64,000 nt of DNA from an uncultured delta proteobacterium. Its GTDB lineage: Bacteria; Myxococcota; Kuafuiibacteriia; Kuafuiibacteriales; Kuafuiibacteriaceae. The position numbers and the translations under genes were made by a program. The stretch covers positions 736,001 through 800,000 of the forward strand of contig CAWDML010000001.1 of assembly GCA_963803435.1 (NCBI GenBank), written 5' to 3'. This document shows, in pieces, positions 22,122 to 32,825 of the stretch (its first letter is position 1; every line of letters begins with the position of its first letter). The notes beneath the pieces were generated by a model. The model worked only from the letters and a program-made list of their open reading frames with translations, searched no databases and was not told where the DNA came from.

Positions 22122-22667
22122 TCAGGGCTCCCACTTCTCGGCCATCCGCCGCACAGAGTCGTCAGTGTCGTAACGACTGACCTCCGCCCGCCGAACCCAG
22201 GCGAGGGCGTGCGATTCCTCGCTGACCACGAAGCGCGCCCCGGCCGGCGCCTCCAGCGCGAATCGCACGTCGTAGTGAAAGTGCTCGGGCTCCCGGCCGG
22301 CGGGGATCCGATGGACATCGACGTCGAAGATCTCCGGGCTCAAGGGCTCGATCCCGACGATCCCGGACTCCTCGGCTGCCTCCCGCAAGGCAACTTGCAT
22401 CACGTCCGGATCACCGTCGGCGTGACCCCCGCACTGCAGCCACCGGCCGAGCTTCTTGTGGTGCGTGAGCAGGCAGGCCTCGCGAGCGTGGTCGAGTATC
22501 CACGCCGAGCCGGTCACGTGGCCCTCGAGCAGAGATCGCTCGAAGCAGTCCGGGCACCGGGTGACGAACGCGACGAGTCGCTCCAGCGAGGAGCGCTCCG
22601 AGTCGAGGATCCGCGCGCTGCTTCCGTACCGATCGAGCAGCGCGAGCAACTTTTTCCGGTGCGGCAT
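22122..22667 (-). CDS. NUDIX hydrolase
   Basis: GHVTGSAW, WLQCGGHADG...ALREAAEESG Nudix box, HFHYDVRF. Confidence 0.88.
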   Translation of the reverse strand: MPHRKKLLALLDRYGSSARILDSERSSLERLVAFVTRCPDCFERSLLEGHVTGSAWILDHAREACLLTHHKKLGRWLQCGGHADGDPDVMQVALREAAEESGIVGIEPLSPEIFDVDVHRIPAGREPEHFHYDVRFALEAPAGARFVVSEESHALAWVRRAEVSRYDTDDSVRRMAEKWEP

Positions 22668-22682
22668 CCCGCGGGATCCATA

Positions 22683-23318
22683 TCACGCCGAGGTGACCCG
22701 TTTCATCGATCGATCGTGGACCTTGCTCATGGTGGCGAGCGCCAGGATCGCGCCCACCATCGCCAGGAACATGTCCCATTGCGCATCCCAGATGTCGCCC
22801 TGCGAGCCGAGGAAGGCCTGCCCCACGTCGGGCGCCACCAGGTACGTCGACCACCACTCGAGAAACTCCCAGAAGGCGCCGATGGCGAGCGCGACGCTGA
22901 CCACCAGGAAGAAGAGCCAGCCTCCTCGAACCAGCGGCGTGCGCCGCAGCAGGATCTCGCGGATCGTGAACGCGGGAAAGAACCCCAGCGCGAGGTGTCC
23001 GATCCGATCGTAGTGGTTGCGGGAGAGGTGGAACGCCTCCTTGGCCCAGTTGCCGAGCGGTGTCTCCGCGTAGGTGTACATGCCGCCGTAGATCAGGATC
23101 AGCACGTGGATGAAGACGCCGATGTAGACGAGGTTCGAGAAGCGGAAGCGGCGATACACGACGATCAGGATCACGACGCCGATCAACCCCGGGCCCACCT
23201 CGAGGAACCAGGACTCGTGCCCGGCCGGAGGGCTCCAGGCGGTGACGACGCAGATCGTGGCCAGCACGGCGAGCAGAAGGGGTGGAAGGCGATCCTGCAC
23301 GATGCAGCCATCGCGCAT
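22683..23318 (-). CDS. DUF2238 (YjdF-like) inner membrane protein
   Basis: WFLE, GGMYTYAE, RNHYDRIGH, EFLEWW, FLGSQGDIWDAQWDM; start could be GTG 23300. Confidence 0.85.
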   Translation of the reverse strand: MRDGCIVQDRLPPLLLAVLATICVVTAWSPPAGHESWFLEVGPGLIGVVILIVVYRRFRFSNLVYIGVFIHVLILIYGGMYTYAETPLGNWAKEAFHLSRNHYDRIGHLALGFFPAFTIREILLRRTPLVRGGWLFFLVVSVALAIGAFWEFLEWWSTYLVAPDVGQAFLGSQGDIWDAQWDMFLAMVGAILALATMSKVHDRSMKRVTSA

Positions 23319-23356
23319 GACGAGGCCGGTGTCATCGTGCTGAGATCGGTTTTGCG

Positions 23357-23818
23357 ATGCGGCTGCTCCTCCTGTTGTTCATCCTCGTGCCGGCGCTCGA
23401 GGTGACGATCCTCGCCAAGCTGGTGGGCGTGGTGGGCGGCCTGAACACGCTGATCCTGATCGTGCTGACGGGGATCGCCGGCGCCGCCCTGGCCAAGCGG
23501 CAAGGTCTGTCGGTGCTGCGGCAGGTCCAGGCGGAGACCGCAGCAGGCCGGATGCCCGCCGGGTCGCTGGTGGACGGCGCGATCATCCTGGTGGCGGGCG
23601 CCCTCCTCGTCACCCCGGGCATCCTCACGGACATCACCGGCTTCCTCCTCCTGATCCCGGCCGTCCGCGGCGTCGTGAAGGCCCGGCTGGCGCGGCGCTT
23701 CGAGCAGGCGATCCAGCGCGGGCGCGTCGAGATGGTGACGCCTGCGCCCGGCGCCGGTCCGGGGCCGGTGATCGACGTGACGCCGGGGCCCAACCCGGAC
23801 AAAGATCCGTCCGAGTGA
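23357..23818 (+). CDS. fxsA: FxsA family membrane protein
   Basis: LLFILVPALE, KRQG, AGALLVTPGILTDITGFLLLIP. Confidence 0.88.
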   Translation: MRLLLLLFILVPALEVTILAKLVGVVGGLNTLILIVLTGIAGAALAKRQGLSVLRQVQAETAAGRMPAGSLVDGAIILVAGALLVTPGILTDITGFLLLIPAVRGVVKARLARRFEQAIQRGRVEMVTPAPGAGPGPVIDVTPGPNPDKDPSE

Positions 23819-24888
23819 TCGCGCTGCTCGAAAACACGATTCAGGCCTACGCGTGGGGATCGCCGACCGCGATCCCGGAGCTCCTCGGGATCCCGTCCGA
23901 CGGCTCACCGATGGCCGAGCTCTGGATCGGGGCGCACCCCCGCGCGCCCTCCACGATGAACGGCGCGCGGCTCGACCGCGCGATCGGAGCGGCGCCGGCG
24001 AGGGTCCTCGGCGCTCGGATCGCTAAGGCGTTCGGCGAGCTGCCGTTCCTGTTGAAGGTCCTCGCCGCCGCCGAGCCGCTCTCGATTCAATGTCATCCCG
24101 ATCGCCGCCAGGCCGAGGACGGCTTCGCGCGGGAGAACGCGGCCGGCATTCCGCTCGACGCGCCGGAGCGCTCCTACCGCGACCCGAACCACAAGCCCGA
24201 GCTGATCGTGGCGCTCACGCGCTTCCGCGCGCTCCAAGGTTTCCGTCCGCCCGCCGAGGTCGCGCACAACCTCGGTCACGCGGTCGGCGCAGATCTGAAG
24301 ACGCTGTTCGGCGAGCTGATGTCGTGGCCGAAGGATCGCGTGGATCGGATTGCCCGCGCCTCCGGCGATCCGACCGCGCTCGAGCTCCTCGGCCGCTACC
24401 CCGGCGATCCCGGGGTGCTGGCGCCGCTGTTCCTCCACGCCGTCACCCTCGAGCCGGGACAGGCGCTCTTCCTCCGCGCGCGCGAGCTCCACTCCTATCT
24501 CGAAGGGACCGCAGTCGAGATCATGGCCAGCTCCGACAACGTCCTCCGCGGCGGCCTCACACCCAAGCACGTCGACGTGCCCGAGCTCCTCTCCGTGCTG
24601 GCGTTCGAGCCGGCCCGACCGTCGGTGATCGCGCCGCTCGAGAGCGACGGCGAGCGCACGTACGCGGCGCCGGTCGAGGAGTTCGTGCTCTCGTCAGTCC
24701 GCGTCGGGGGCACCTGGCAGCCGAAGGTGCGCGACGGGATCGAGATCCTCCTGGCCGTCGAGGGACAGCTCCGCGTGGAAGCGCTGGACCTTCCGCGCGG
24801 ACACGCGTGCGTGGTGACGGGCGACGAGCCCTATTCGATCTCCGGCTCGGGGCGGCTGTTCCGCGCGCGGGTGCCTACGGGCGCGTGA
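23815..24888 (+). CDS. manA: Mannose-6-phosphate isomerase, class I
   Basis: YAWGS, AELWIGAHP, LPFLLKVL, LSIQCHP, NHKPEL, HSYL.G..VEIMASSDNVLRGGLT. Confidence 0.95.
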   Translation: MIALLENTIQAYAWGSPTAIPELLGIPSDGSPMAELWIGAHPRAPSTMNGARLDRAIGAAPARVLGARIAKAFGELPFLLKVLAAAEPLSIQCHPDRRQAEDGFARENAAGIPLDAPERSYRDPNHKPELIVALTRFRALQGFRPPAEVAHNLGHAVGADLKTLFGELMSWPKDRVDRIARASGDPTALELLGRYPGDPGVLAPLFLHAVTLEPGQALFLRARELHSYLEGTAVEIMASSDNVLRGGLTPKHVDVPELLSVLAFEPARPSVIAPLESDGERTYAAPVEEFVLSSVRVGGTWQPKVRDGIEILLAVEGQLRVEALDLPRGHACVVTGDEPYSISGSGRLFRARVPTGA

Positions 24889-26746
24889 TCGGCAACCCTG
24901 CGCCCGCGCCGTCCGGCTCCAGCGCGGCCTGATCCGGCACTTCGAGGTGGAGCGGCGGATTGAACGCCCGGGCGACCGCCGCGAGCCTTCGGAGCAGATG
25001 TTCCTTGACGCGGCCTTTCGGTACGCCCGGATCGGAGGCGAAGCCGTGGTGCGGGCGCCAGCGCTTCTCTTCGCCGTCGAGACCCTCGATGCGCCAGCCG
25101 TACTGGAAGTGGCGAACGGCGAAGCCGGCGTAGTAGCGGGCCACCCGATCGCGATCCGCGGCGTAGCTCGAGTCGACGAGATCGACGATCCGCTCCACCA
25201 CCTGGCGGAGCGCCTTCTCGGCGCCGCTCCTCTCGACCTCCGTGACTGCGGCTGCGAAGGCGGCCGGATCGAGATCCGGACACGCCATGCGATCGAACAG
25301 GAAGAGCTCCTGGCCGAGGTAGTGGGCGAACGGGACCGGGCGACCCGGCGCGAAGGTCTGGCCCTCCACGTGGGCCCCGTCGTCGAACGGCGGCCGGTGG
25401 AATGCGCTCGGATCCTCGAAGGCGCGCACGCCTTCACCGGCGCCGGCCCGGTTGGCAGAGAGATCGCGCGACGAGCCGGGATCCTTCAGGGTCGAGAGCA
25501 CGTCCCAGGTCGAGTCGATCTCGGCGAGCGGGTCGAGGATCGGAAAGTTCGTCCCGATCGCGGCCGGGTCTCCGAGCTCCGGCACGTACTCGTGGGCGTC
25601 GCCGACCCGGATCGCCAGGTCGTACGCCTTCTGCTGCTCGACGGAGAGACCCTCCGGCGGGGCGAAGTGGATGGTCGGGACGCCGGGCGGCCCGGGGAGC
25701 GCCCCGGGGACGTAGGCGCCGCACGCGCCGCGAAGCCGATCGTACGCCGCCGACACGTGCGCGGCTGCGCCCCACTGGTCGGTCTGTTCCACCGCGCGCT
25801 CGAACTCGTCCGCGATCTCTCCGCGGCCGTAGCGCCGATCGAAGAGGGTCACGTACGCGAACATCGCCTGGTTGACGAAGTGCCACGCGCGGTCGAACCC
25901 GGCATCGTTGGGACGACCGTCGGGGATGTAGCGGGGGAACAGACAGGTGACCTCGCCGTGGTTGCTCTGGAGCGCGTGGCCCGCCAGCGCGACCAGCGTC
26001 GTCAGCGCGACCAGGTGCTGGCCGGCGAGCGGGTCCGCGGGGAAGAGCGGATCCTGCGCCACCGTCGCTTCGGCGGCGGCGCGCGTCCGTTCCAGAAGGT
26101 CGGCGACGGTCGTGGGCCGATCGTCGCGCTCCATCATCTCGATGACGGCTCGGTACACCTGCCGGATGTGAGCGTTCGCCTCGACCTGCGCGAGCGCCCA
26201 GCGCTTGAACTGGACCTCGTGGTCGCCGGCCAGCCCCGACGCGTCGAGGAACAGCGCCGGCAGCGCCCGATCGAGCTGCTCCGCTCCGAGCGTCTCCGCC
26301 GCGCCTCCGATCCGCGCGAGCAGCTCCGGTCGCTCGACGAACGTTCGCGCCGCGGCCCGCAGGTCGAGCGGGAGCTCGACGTCGGCGGCGACGGCCTCGA
26401 GGTGCCGGCGGGTCAGGCCGGCGTCATCGGGCAGGCCGAGCAGCACCTGGATCGCGCGGAGGTGCTCGCGGAGCGCGCCGGCGGCCGCGGCCGGCTCGAG
26501 CTCGGCGGGCGGTGCCCCTCCGAGGTTGGCGCCGAGGAACAGCGGGCTCGTCGACGGGAGCGGGCGGGCGCCGATCCCGCGGCCGGCGTCGCCATACCCG
26601 CGGCCACTGAGGCGCGCGATCCACGGCTCGGGGAGGCCGAGGCCCAGGGCGGCGCGACGGACGCTCGAGACGTCGCTGCCCGCCTCCAGGTCGCGGACCA
26701 GGTGCTCGAAGGACTCGAGCCGTTCGGCGGCGGAGACGGAGCGCAC
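24875..26746 (-). CDS. Hypothetical 623-aa protein
   Basis: Long ORF with GC-rich codon pattern, convergent on manA; DRAWHF...E...DLSANRAG motif set. Confidence 0.65.
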   Translation of the reverse strand: MRSVSAAERLESFEHLVRDLEAGSDVSSVRRAALGLGLPEPWIARLSGRGYGDAGRGIGARPLPSTSPLFLGANLGGAPPAELEPAAAAGALREHLRAIQVLLGLPDDAGLTRRHLEAVAADVELPLDLRAAARTFVERPELLARIGGAAETLGAEQLDRALPALFLDASGLAGDHEVQFKRWALAQVEANAHIRQVYRAVIEMMERDDRPTTVADLLERTRAAAEATVAQDPLFPADPLAGQHLVALTTLVALAGHALQSNHGEVTCLFPRYIPDGRPNDAGFDRAWHFVNQAMFAYVTLFDRRYGRGEIADEFERAVEQTDQWGAAAHVSAAYDRLRGACGAYVPGALPGPPGVPTIHFAPPEGLSVEQQKAYDLAIRVGDAHEYVPELGDPAAIGTNFPILDPLAEIDSTWDVLSTLKDPGSSRDLSANRAGAGEGVRAFEDPSAFHRPPFDDGAHVEGQTFAPGRPVPFAHYLGQELFLFDRMACPDLDPAAFAAAVTEVERSGAEKALRQVVERIVDLVDSSYAADRDRVARYYAGFAVRHFQYGWRIEGLDGEEKRWRPHHGFASDPGVPKGRVKEHLLRRLAAVARAFNPPLHLEVPDQAALEPDGAGAGLPITRP

Positions 26747-26851
26747 CCTGGGGGATTATCGGATTGGTGGACCTCGATGTTGCGGGCCAGCCGGGCCGAG
26801 CGCCGCCCGATTCCGGTCGAGGACCCGGCAGACAGCGCGTATGTTCGGAGC

Positions 26852-28303
26852 GTGAGTCGCGCCGGCGCGCTCGTCCTCCTCGCGGCGCTCTCGCTCACCG
26901 CCTGTATGGAGCCGTCAGGTGCGCCCGACGACGCCCGTCCGGAGGGCGACGCCGCTGCCGACCGAGACGCTGCGGGCGCGGGCAGCGATGCCGGCGTGGA
27001 GGGAGACGCGGAGCCGCCGGAAGACGCCGCGGAGGCCGACGCCGAGCCGGACGCCGGTGCGGCCGACGCCGAGCCGGCGGACGCCGAGCAGCCGGACGCC
27101 GACGCGCCGGACACAGCGCCAGCCGATGGCGGGCTCCCCGCTGCGCACTGGGCCAACACCCAGTGGCCTCCCTATCTGACGCGCGCGCCGGGCGAGAGCG
27201 CCACCGCCTACGGCCAAATCTGGATCGAGGGTCTCACGGACAGTCCAGGGCCGGCCGCCGGCGTCGAGGCGGAGCTCGGGCTGGGGTCGATCGGATCCGA
27301 TCCGGCCGGAGGCGGCTGGACCTGGGTGCCGGCCGCCTACAACGTCGACGTTGGCAACAACGACGAGTACCAGGCCGATCTGATCGCGCCGCCCTCCGGC
27401 CTCTTCGACTACGCGTTCCGCTTTCGTTTGAATGGGTCGCCGTGGATCCTCGCCGACCGCAGCGACGGCGGTCGGACCGGTAGCAACGACGGCTATCGAT
27501 CGGAGGACGCCGGCAAGCTGGCTGTGCGGACCTCGGGCGCCGTCGTCCGCATCGCCACGCTCAACCTCCATTGCATCAACGACGATCCGTTGGCGCGTCT
27601 CGATGCCGCGGCCGCGCGCTTCGCTCAGCTCGGCACCGAGCTGATCGCGCTGCAGGAGGTGTGCGCCGGCGCTCCTCTGACCGGGAGCGCCGCCGAGTAC
27701 CTGGCGCAGCAGCTCGAGAGCCTCACCGGTCAGCCCTGGCACCACCTTTACGAGCAGACGCACCTCGCCAACGGCGTGACGCCCGAAGGGATCGGCGTGG
27801 TCACCAACCTCGCGATCGCCGACGTCACCGTCCACGATCTGCCGATCGCCGACTTTCCCCGGAAGACCATCATCGCCGTGACGGCCTCTCCGCTCGGCAT
27901 GATCGCCTTCGCCACCGCGCACCTCTCGTACCGACTGCAGGACGGACAGGCGCGGCTCGACCAGGCCAACGAGCTCGCCACCCTCATGGACCAGCTCGCC
28001 CCGACCGAACCGGCGGTCTCGATCGTGGCGGGCGACTTCAACTCGACGCCGGACGAACCACCGCCCGGCGCGATGATCGCCGCCTCGTTCAGCGACGCCT
28101 TCGCCACCGTCCATCCGGGCCTGAACGGGTACACGTACTCGAGCGCCGCCCCGACCCGACGCATCGACTACGTGTTCACGCGTGCGGCGCAGCGGTGGCC
28201 GCTGGAGCTCACCACCGTGGACGTGGAGTTCGATCAGCCGTACCGGCCCGGAGGCTTCGTCTCCGACCACCGCGGGATCTCCGCGACGCTCGCGGCCCCT
28301 TGA
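26852..28303 (+). CDS. Lipoprotein with acidic linker, beta-sandwich (CBM-like) domain and endonuclease/exonuclease/phosphatase (EEP) domain
   Basis: 3' part of ORF 24947..28303 from GTG 26852; LTAC lipobox; TLNLH, ALQEV, HLS, AGDFN, RIDYVF, SDH. Confidence 0.8.
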   Translation: MSRAGALVLLAALSLTACMEPSGAPDDARPEGDAAADRDAAGAGSDAGVEGDAEPPEDAAEADAEPDAGAADAEPADAEQPDADAPDTAPADGGLPAAHWANTQWPPYLTRAPGESATAYGQIWIEGLTDSPGPAAGVEAELGLGSIGSDPAGGGWTWVPAAYNVDVGNNDEYQADLIAPPSGLFDYAFRFRLNGSPWILADRSDGGRTGSNDGYRSEDAGKLAVRTSGAVVRIATLNLHCINDDPLARLDAAAARFAQLGTELIALQEVCAGAPLTGSAAEYLAQQLESLTGQPWHHLYEQTHLANGVTPEGIGVVTNLAIADVTVHDLPIADFPRKTIIAVTASPLGMIAFATAHLSYRLQDGQARLDQANELATLMDQLAPTEPAVSIVAGDFNSTPDEPPPGAMIAASFSDAFATVHPGLNGYTYSSAAPTRRIDYVFTRAAQRWPLELTTVDVEFDQPYRPGGFVSDHRGISATLAAP

Positions 28304-28310
28304 GCCCCGG

Positions 28311-29924
28311 CTACGACGTGCGCGACCGCTTGTAGTGATTGATCAGCGCGTTCGTCGACGCGTCGTGCGAGGTGACCTTGGCGTCACCCTCGAGCTCGGG
28401 AAGGATCGCCTTGGCGAGCTGCTTGCCCAGCTCGACGCCCCACTGATCGAAGCTGTTGATCCGCCACACGATGCCCTGCGTGAAGATCTTGTGCTCGTAC
28501 ATCGCGATCAGCATGCCGAGCGTCCGCGGCGTCACCTTCTGCACCATGATCGAGTTCGTGGGCCGGTTGCCGCTGAAGCACTTGTGCGGAACCAGGTCGG
28601 GGTCGGCCTGGATCTCGTCCGCGCGCTTGCCCAGCATCAACGCCTCCGTCTGCGCGAAGAAGTTGGCGAGGAGCGCCGGGTGGTGGCCCCCGAGATCGTT
28701 GTGAGACTCGATCGGCGCGATGAAGTCGCACGGGATCACGCGGGTCCCCTGATGGATGAGCTGATAGAACGCGTGCTGGCCGTTGGTCCCCGGCTCGCCC
28801 CAGATGACGGGTCCGGTGGTGTAGTCCGCGATCGAACGGCCGTCGCGATCGACGCTCTTGCCATTGCTCTCCATGTCGCCTTGCTGGAAGTAGGCGGCGA
28901 AGCGGTGGAGGTACTGGTCGTAGGGCAGGATCGCGTGCGTGTGGGCCTCGAAGAAGTTGTGATACCAAACGCCGAGGAGCCCCATGATGGCCGGGATGTT
29001 CTGATCGAGGGGCGTGGTTCTGAAGTGCTCGTCGACCAGGTGTGCGCCGCCGAGCAGCTCCTCGAAGCCGTCCATCCCGATCACGCAGGCGATCGAGAGC
29101 CCGATCGCGGACCACAAGGAGTAACGGCCGCCGACCCAGTCCCAGAACTCGAACATGTTGGCCGTGTCGATCCCGAACTTGGCCACCTCCTCCGCGTTCG
29201 TGGAGAGCGCGACGAAGTGGCGCGCCACCGCCTGCTCCGACCCGAGCCGCTCCACCAGCCACCTCCGCGCGGTGTGCGCATTCATCAGCGTCTCCTGGGT
29301 GGTGAAGGTCTTGGAGGCCACCGCGAAGAGCGTCCGCTCCGGGTCGACTCGCTTCAGCGTCTCGGCGATGTGCGTCCCGTCGACGTTGGAGACGAAGTGC
29401 GCCCTCATCCCGGGCTTCCAGTAGGGCCGCAGGGCTTCGGTCACCATCACCGGCCCCAGGTCCGAGCCGCCGATGCCGATGTTCACGACGTCGGTCAACG
29501 CCTGGTTCGTGTGACCCTTCCACTCGCCGCTGCGCAGGCGGTCGGTGAAGCGCTTCATCTTGGCCAGCTCTGCGTTCACCTTCGGCATGACGTCCTCGCC
29601 GTCGACGAGGATGGGTCGGTTCGAGCGGTTGCGCAGGGCCACGTGCAGGACGGCGCGCTTCTCGGTGAAGTTGATCTTCTCGCCCTGGAACATCTTCTCG
29701 ATCCAGACCGGCAGCTCCGCCTGCTTCGCGAGATCGAAGAGCAGCCCCATCGTCTGCTCCGTGATCCGGTTCTTCGAGTAGTCGAAGAGGAGCCCGTCGA
29801 GCGCGAGCGAGAACCTCTGGAAGCGCTGCGGGTCCTTCTCGAAGAGGAACCGCATGTGCATCTTCGACATCTCGTTCGCGTGCGCGTCGAGCGCGCGCCA
29901 GGCGGCAGTCTCGATCAACCTCAT
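28311..29924 (-). CDS. pgi: Glucose-6-phosphate isomerase
   Basis: [58 protein letters not shown]. Confidence 0.97.
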   Translation of the reverse strand: MRLIETAAWRALDAHANEMSKMHMRFLFEKDPQRFQRFSLALDGLLFDYSKNRITEQTMGLLFDLAKQAELPVWIEKMFQGEKINFTEKRAVLHVALRNRSNRPILVDGEDVMPKVNAELAKMKRFTDRLRSGEWKGHTNQALTDVVNIGIGGSDLGPVMVTEALRPYWKPGMRAHFVSNVDGTHIAETLKRVDPERTLFAVASKTFTTQETLMNAHTARRWLVERLGSEQAVARHFVALSTNAEEVAKFGIDTANMFEFWDWVGGRYSLWSAIGLSIACVIGMDGFEELLGGAHLVDEHFRTTPLDQNIPAIMGLLGVWYHNFFEAHTHAILPYDQYLHRFAAYFQQGDMESNGKSVDRDGRSIADYTTGPVIWGEPGTNGQHAFYQLIHQGTRVIPCDFIAPIESHNDLGGHHPALLANFFAQTEALMLGKRADEIQADPDLVPHKCFSGNRPTNSIMVQKVTPRTLGMLIAMYEHKIFTQGIVWRINSFDQWGVELGKQLAKAILPELEGDAKVTSHDASTNALINHYKRSRTS

Positions 29925-29946
29925 GGTCGGCCGCGATACCACGGAG

Positions 29947-30984
29947 TCAGTCGATCTGATAGATGCGCAGGTCGGAGCCGCAGGTCGCACCGATCTGACG
30001 GTTCGGCCGCTTGGGCCCGTCCCCCACCTGGAGGCTCTCGATCCAGGCCCCACAGTCCATGAGCACCAGCCCCGCGGTCACATCGTGGACCATCCGCGGG
30101 TGGTGGCTGTGCCCGATCACCACGACTCTCAGGTTCGGCGCGATCGGCGCACCGTCCGCCTCGATCACCCGGCGGAGCTGCACCACCGTCTCAACCGCCC
30201 GCGGGAGCAGGCTGTGCGCGTCCGCCCGGTCGCTCGGCCGCTCGACCCGGGCCACATTGAAGCGCGCGCTCCCGGTCCGGGGCGCCGCCAGTACGCCGAC
30301 GGCGCCGTCCCCTTGGATCTGGGTGGAGAGGTCGCTCGGCATGGTCCGGTCCCGCAGCTGGCGCAGCTCTCCGATCCGGTAGGTCGCAGGGCCCGCCAGC
30401 CGGCCAAAGAGCCACACCACGACCGCGGCCAGCGCGTCGGGGACGAGCACCTCCGAGAGGTCGAAGCGATCGCCGTGCGTCGCCATCATCGTCCGGTTCA
30501 CGCCCGGAAGGTGGATCGCCATGCGGGCGCGCGCGAAGTCGCGGGAGCTTCCCGCGTCGAGATCGTGATTGCCGAGGATCAGGTTGGCCGAAAGGGAGTC
30601 CTCCGCGTTTCGGACCAGCCGATCGCGGATGTCGGGAAAGGCGTCGAGCACCCTGCGCACACCGGCGAGATCGTTGTCCGACTCCCGCCAGAGATCGACG
30701 AAGTCACCCAGCTGCGTGACGCGCATCTGATGACCGGCGGCCTCGACGTCGTCCCACGTCGCGAGCAGGGCGTCGATCACTCGTGAGAACATGTCAGTGT
30801 GATCGAAGCCGTACCGGAAGCGCCTGCGGACGTCGGGCGAGACCAGGTGAAGGTCGGGCACGAAGACGTGGAGATACTCGTCGCTGGTGTTTCCGGTGGC
30901 CTGGGGATCGTCGAGCCGCGCGATCAGCGAGACGGCACCGGCCTGTTCGAGACGATCGAGGAGCAGATCGTGGGGTGACGGCAT
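29947..30984 (-). CDS. Calcineurin-like metallophosphoesterase
   Basis: PDLH, GDFVDLW, GNHD, THGD, GHSH motifs; start ATG 30984. Confidence 0.8.
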   Translation of the reverse strand: MPSPHDLLLDRLEQAGAVSLIARLDDPQATGNTSDEYLHVFVPDLHLVSPDVRRRFRYGFDHTDMFSRVIDALLATWDDVEAAGHQMRVTQLGDFVDLWRESDNDLAGVRRVLDAFPDIRDRLVRNAEDSLSANLILGNHDLDAGSSRDFARARMAIHLPGVNRTMMATHGDRFDLSEVLVPDALAAVVVWLFGRLAGPATYRIGELRQLRDRTMPSDLSTQIQGDGAVGVLAAPRTGSARFNVARVERPSDRADAHSLLPRAVETVVQLRRVIEADGAPIAPNLRVVVIGHSHHPRMVHDVTAGLVLMDCGAWIESLQVGDGPKRPNRQIGATCGSDLRIYQID

Positions 30985-30986
30985 GA

Positions 30987-31523
30987 TCAATCCCTCCGGG
31001 TGGCGACTTCCTTGACGATGACGAGCCGGCAGTACGTGTCCTGCTCGGCGCGGCGCGGGCAGGATCCGTCCCGCGCCGCGTCGGGGTAACGGCGGTAAAA
31101 CACGAAGAGGTAGCCTCCGATCTGGGCCACTCTCAGGTCGCCCGTCAGGATGTCGCCGTGAATCCGCGCGTCGAGCGCGTCCTCGTCGGCACCCTTCGAG
31201 TCGAACAGTCCGCCCACCCGGCCGCCGGCGTTCAGGTCGAGCGCCGAGGGCGTGGTGCTGGTGAGCGAGTCCAGGATGGGCGCGAAGCGGCGCCGGTTCT
31301 CGGGCGCGACATGGGCGGCCAGCTCGGCCTCCTCCTCTTCCGCCCATCCGCCGCGCGGCGGAGTCATGTTGTCGAGCGCCAGCAGCGCGCGCCGCCAGTC
31401 CTTCATCGACAGCGGTAACGGAAGATCGGGAGAGCGCTGGGTCGCGCCCGGAACACCGTAGGCTCTCGTATGACCACAGCTGGCCAAGAGTACAGATACA
31501 AGTGTGAGACTAGCTCCCTGCAT
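30987..31523 (-). CDS. Hypothetical lipoprotein
   Basis: ATG 31523, LASC lipobox; stop 2 bp before the phosphoesterase start. Confidence 0.6.
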   Translation of the reverse strand: MQGASLTLVSVLLASCGHTRAYGVPGATQRSPDLPLPLSMKDWRRALLALDNMTPPRGGWAEEEEAELAAHVAPENRRRFAPILDSLTSTTPSALDLNAGGRVGGLFDSKGADEDALDARIHGDILTGDLRVAQIGGYLFVFYRRYPDAARDGSCPRRAEQDTYCRLVIVKEVATRRD

Positions 31524-31545
31524 TGAGCGGGCGTATGAGTATCGC

Positions 31546-32493
31546 ATGGTCCGCTTCGATCCGACGACACACGCTGCGCTCGAGACGATGATCCGTTCCA
31601 GCTTCCCGGATGCACACATCGATGACGACTCCATCAACGGCCTGGCGGCCGCGTTGTGGCTGACAAAGGACTCCAGGACGAAGGTCATCCCGCGAAGCCA
31701 GGCCGGCGAGAGCGGGAAGGCCAAGGACCTCGACCTGTCGCCCTACGCGCAAGAGCTCGAAGGGCTGTCGACCAAGCTGGGGCTCCGCGTGATCGAAGGT
31801 ACAGGTGAATGCTCCATTCATTGCCAGGCTGGAACGGAGCATCCCGGCACCCGATACTATGCCGCGACTGCGGAGCACTCCCGTAAGGATCCTCCGCTGG
31901 ATGCGTTCGTGGGACACCTGGCGATGGCGCGGGTGTCGCTCCCCGCCTCGCAGCCGGCGGTCGTCGAGACCAAGCTCGGCACCGTCGAGCCCCGCGACCA
32001 CCTGATCGCGACGATCGCGGAGGCGCAGCGCGAGTACGGCAGCGAGCTCGACCGGCCGATCGCGCGCCTCGACCTGGTGACGCCGGCACGCCTGGGAGGG
32101 ACACGCTTCGGCGCCATCGGCGTCTACCTGGGATACTTCGATCCGGCCGGGCTCCCGGAGTTCTACATCCTCGAGGCCGGCACCGCGATCGGCGAGTCGA
32201 AGGTCCTCTACTTTCACGACGTGGGCGACGATCTGATCAACAGCTACACCGGATACCGCCCGACGCCGTTCAGCAACCCGATGCACGCGTACGTGGGCCG
32301 GCTGACGCTCGACGGCGACGCCCCCGCCCGCCTGCAGGTGACCGCGCGACGCCTCGCCGACGCGAAGCCGTACATCCGCCTGGACGTCCGCTTCACCGAG
32401 ACCGCGGACCCGGAGGTGGTCTGGCCGGCCTTCCACATCTTGCGCGCCCTCGGGATCGTGGTGAGCCGCCTCCCGCTGGTCCCGATGGGCTGA
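31546..32493 (+). CDS. Hypothetical protein, C-terminal half resembling divergent DUF1365
   Basis: LDLVTPARLGGTRFGAIGVYLGY...ILEAGTAIGESKVLY...PTPF echoes DUF1365 'lt.pR..G..FNP..y...EV.NT.GE...Y...SPF'. Confidence 0.5.
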   Translation: MVRFDPTTHAALETMIRSSFPDAHIDDDSINGLAAALWLTKDSRTKVIPRSQAGESGKAKDLDLSPYAQELEGLSTKLGLRVIEGTGECSIHCQAGTEHPGTRYYAATAEHSRKDPPLDAFVGHLAMARVSLPASQPAVVETKLGTVEPRDHLIATIAEAQREYGSELDRPIARLDLVTPARLGGTRFGAIGVYLGYFDPAGLPEFYILEAGTAIGESKVLYFHDVGDDLINSYTGYRPTPFSNPMHAYVGRLTLDGDAPARLQVTARRLADAKPYIRLDVRFTETADPEVVWPAFHILRALGIVVSRLPLVPMG

Positions 32494-32504
32494 GGAGAAC
32501 AACC

Positions 32505-32816
32505 ATGCTGAGATCGATGCTGCTCGCGCTGGCCCTGGCCGCGCTCTTCGGATGCCGGCACAGCGACTCCGATCCGAACCGGCGTCCGACCGCGGACGAC
32601 TGCGCACAGATCCCGAAGGACGAAAACAACTGCAAGGGATGTGCGACGCTTCCGACGTGCGGTTGGTGCGGACAGCCGATGGCGGGCCAGCCCAACTGCC
32701 AGCCGCAGGGTGACACCGCGGACAAGCCGGCGACGTGCGAGGACGGTTGGACGCACAACGAGATCGGGTGCCCCCCGCCTCCCCCTCCGCCCGACGGCGA
32801 GAGCGACCTCGAGTGA
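32505..32816 (+). CDS. Small Cys-rich lipoprotein with PSI-like motif
   Basis: GAGGAG SD; LFGC lipobox; CKGC....CGWC.......C...C; poly-Pro tail. Confidence 0.7.
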   Translation: MLRSMLLALALAALFGCRHSDSDPNRRPTADDCAQIPKDENNCKGCATLPTCGWCGQPMAGQPNCQPQGDTADKPATCEDGWTHNEIGCPPPPPPPDGESDLE

Positions 32817-32825
32817 TGGCTCCGA

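Noticed and set aside
24947-26851. N-terminal 635 codons of the 1118-aa ORF as part of the EEP protein
   Set aside because: Antisense to the 623-aa gene; a lipoprotein signal begins at GTG 26852
26930-27130. GACGCC-rich repeats as a possible CRISPR or DNA repeat array
   Set aside because: They encode a low-complexity DA/EP linker; there is no constant repeat-spacer structure
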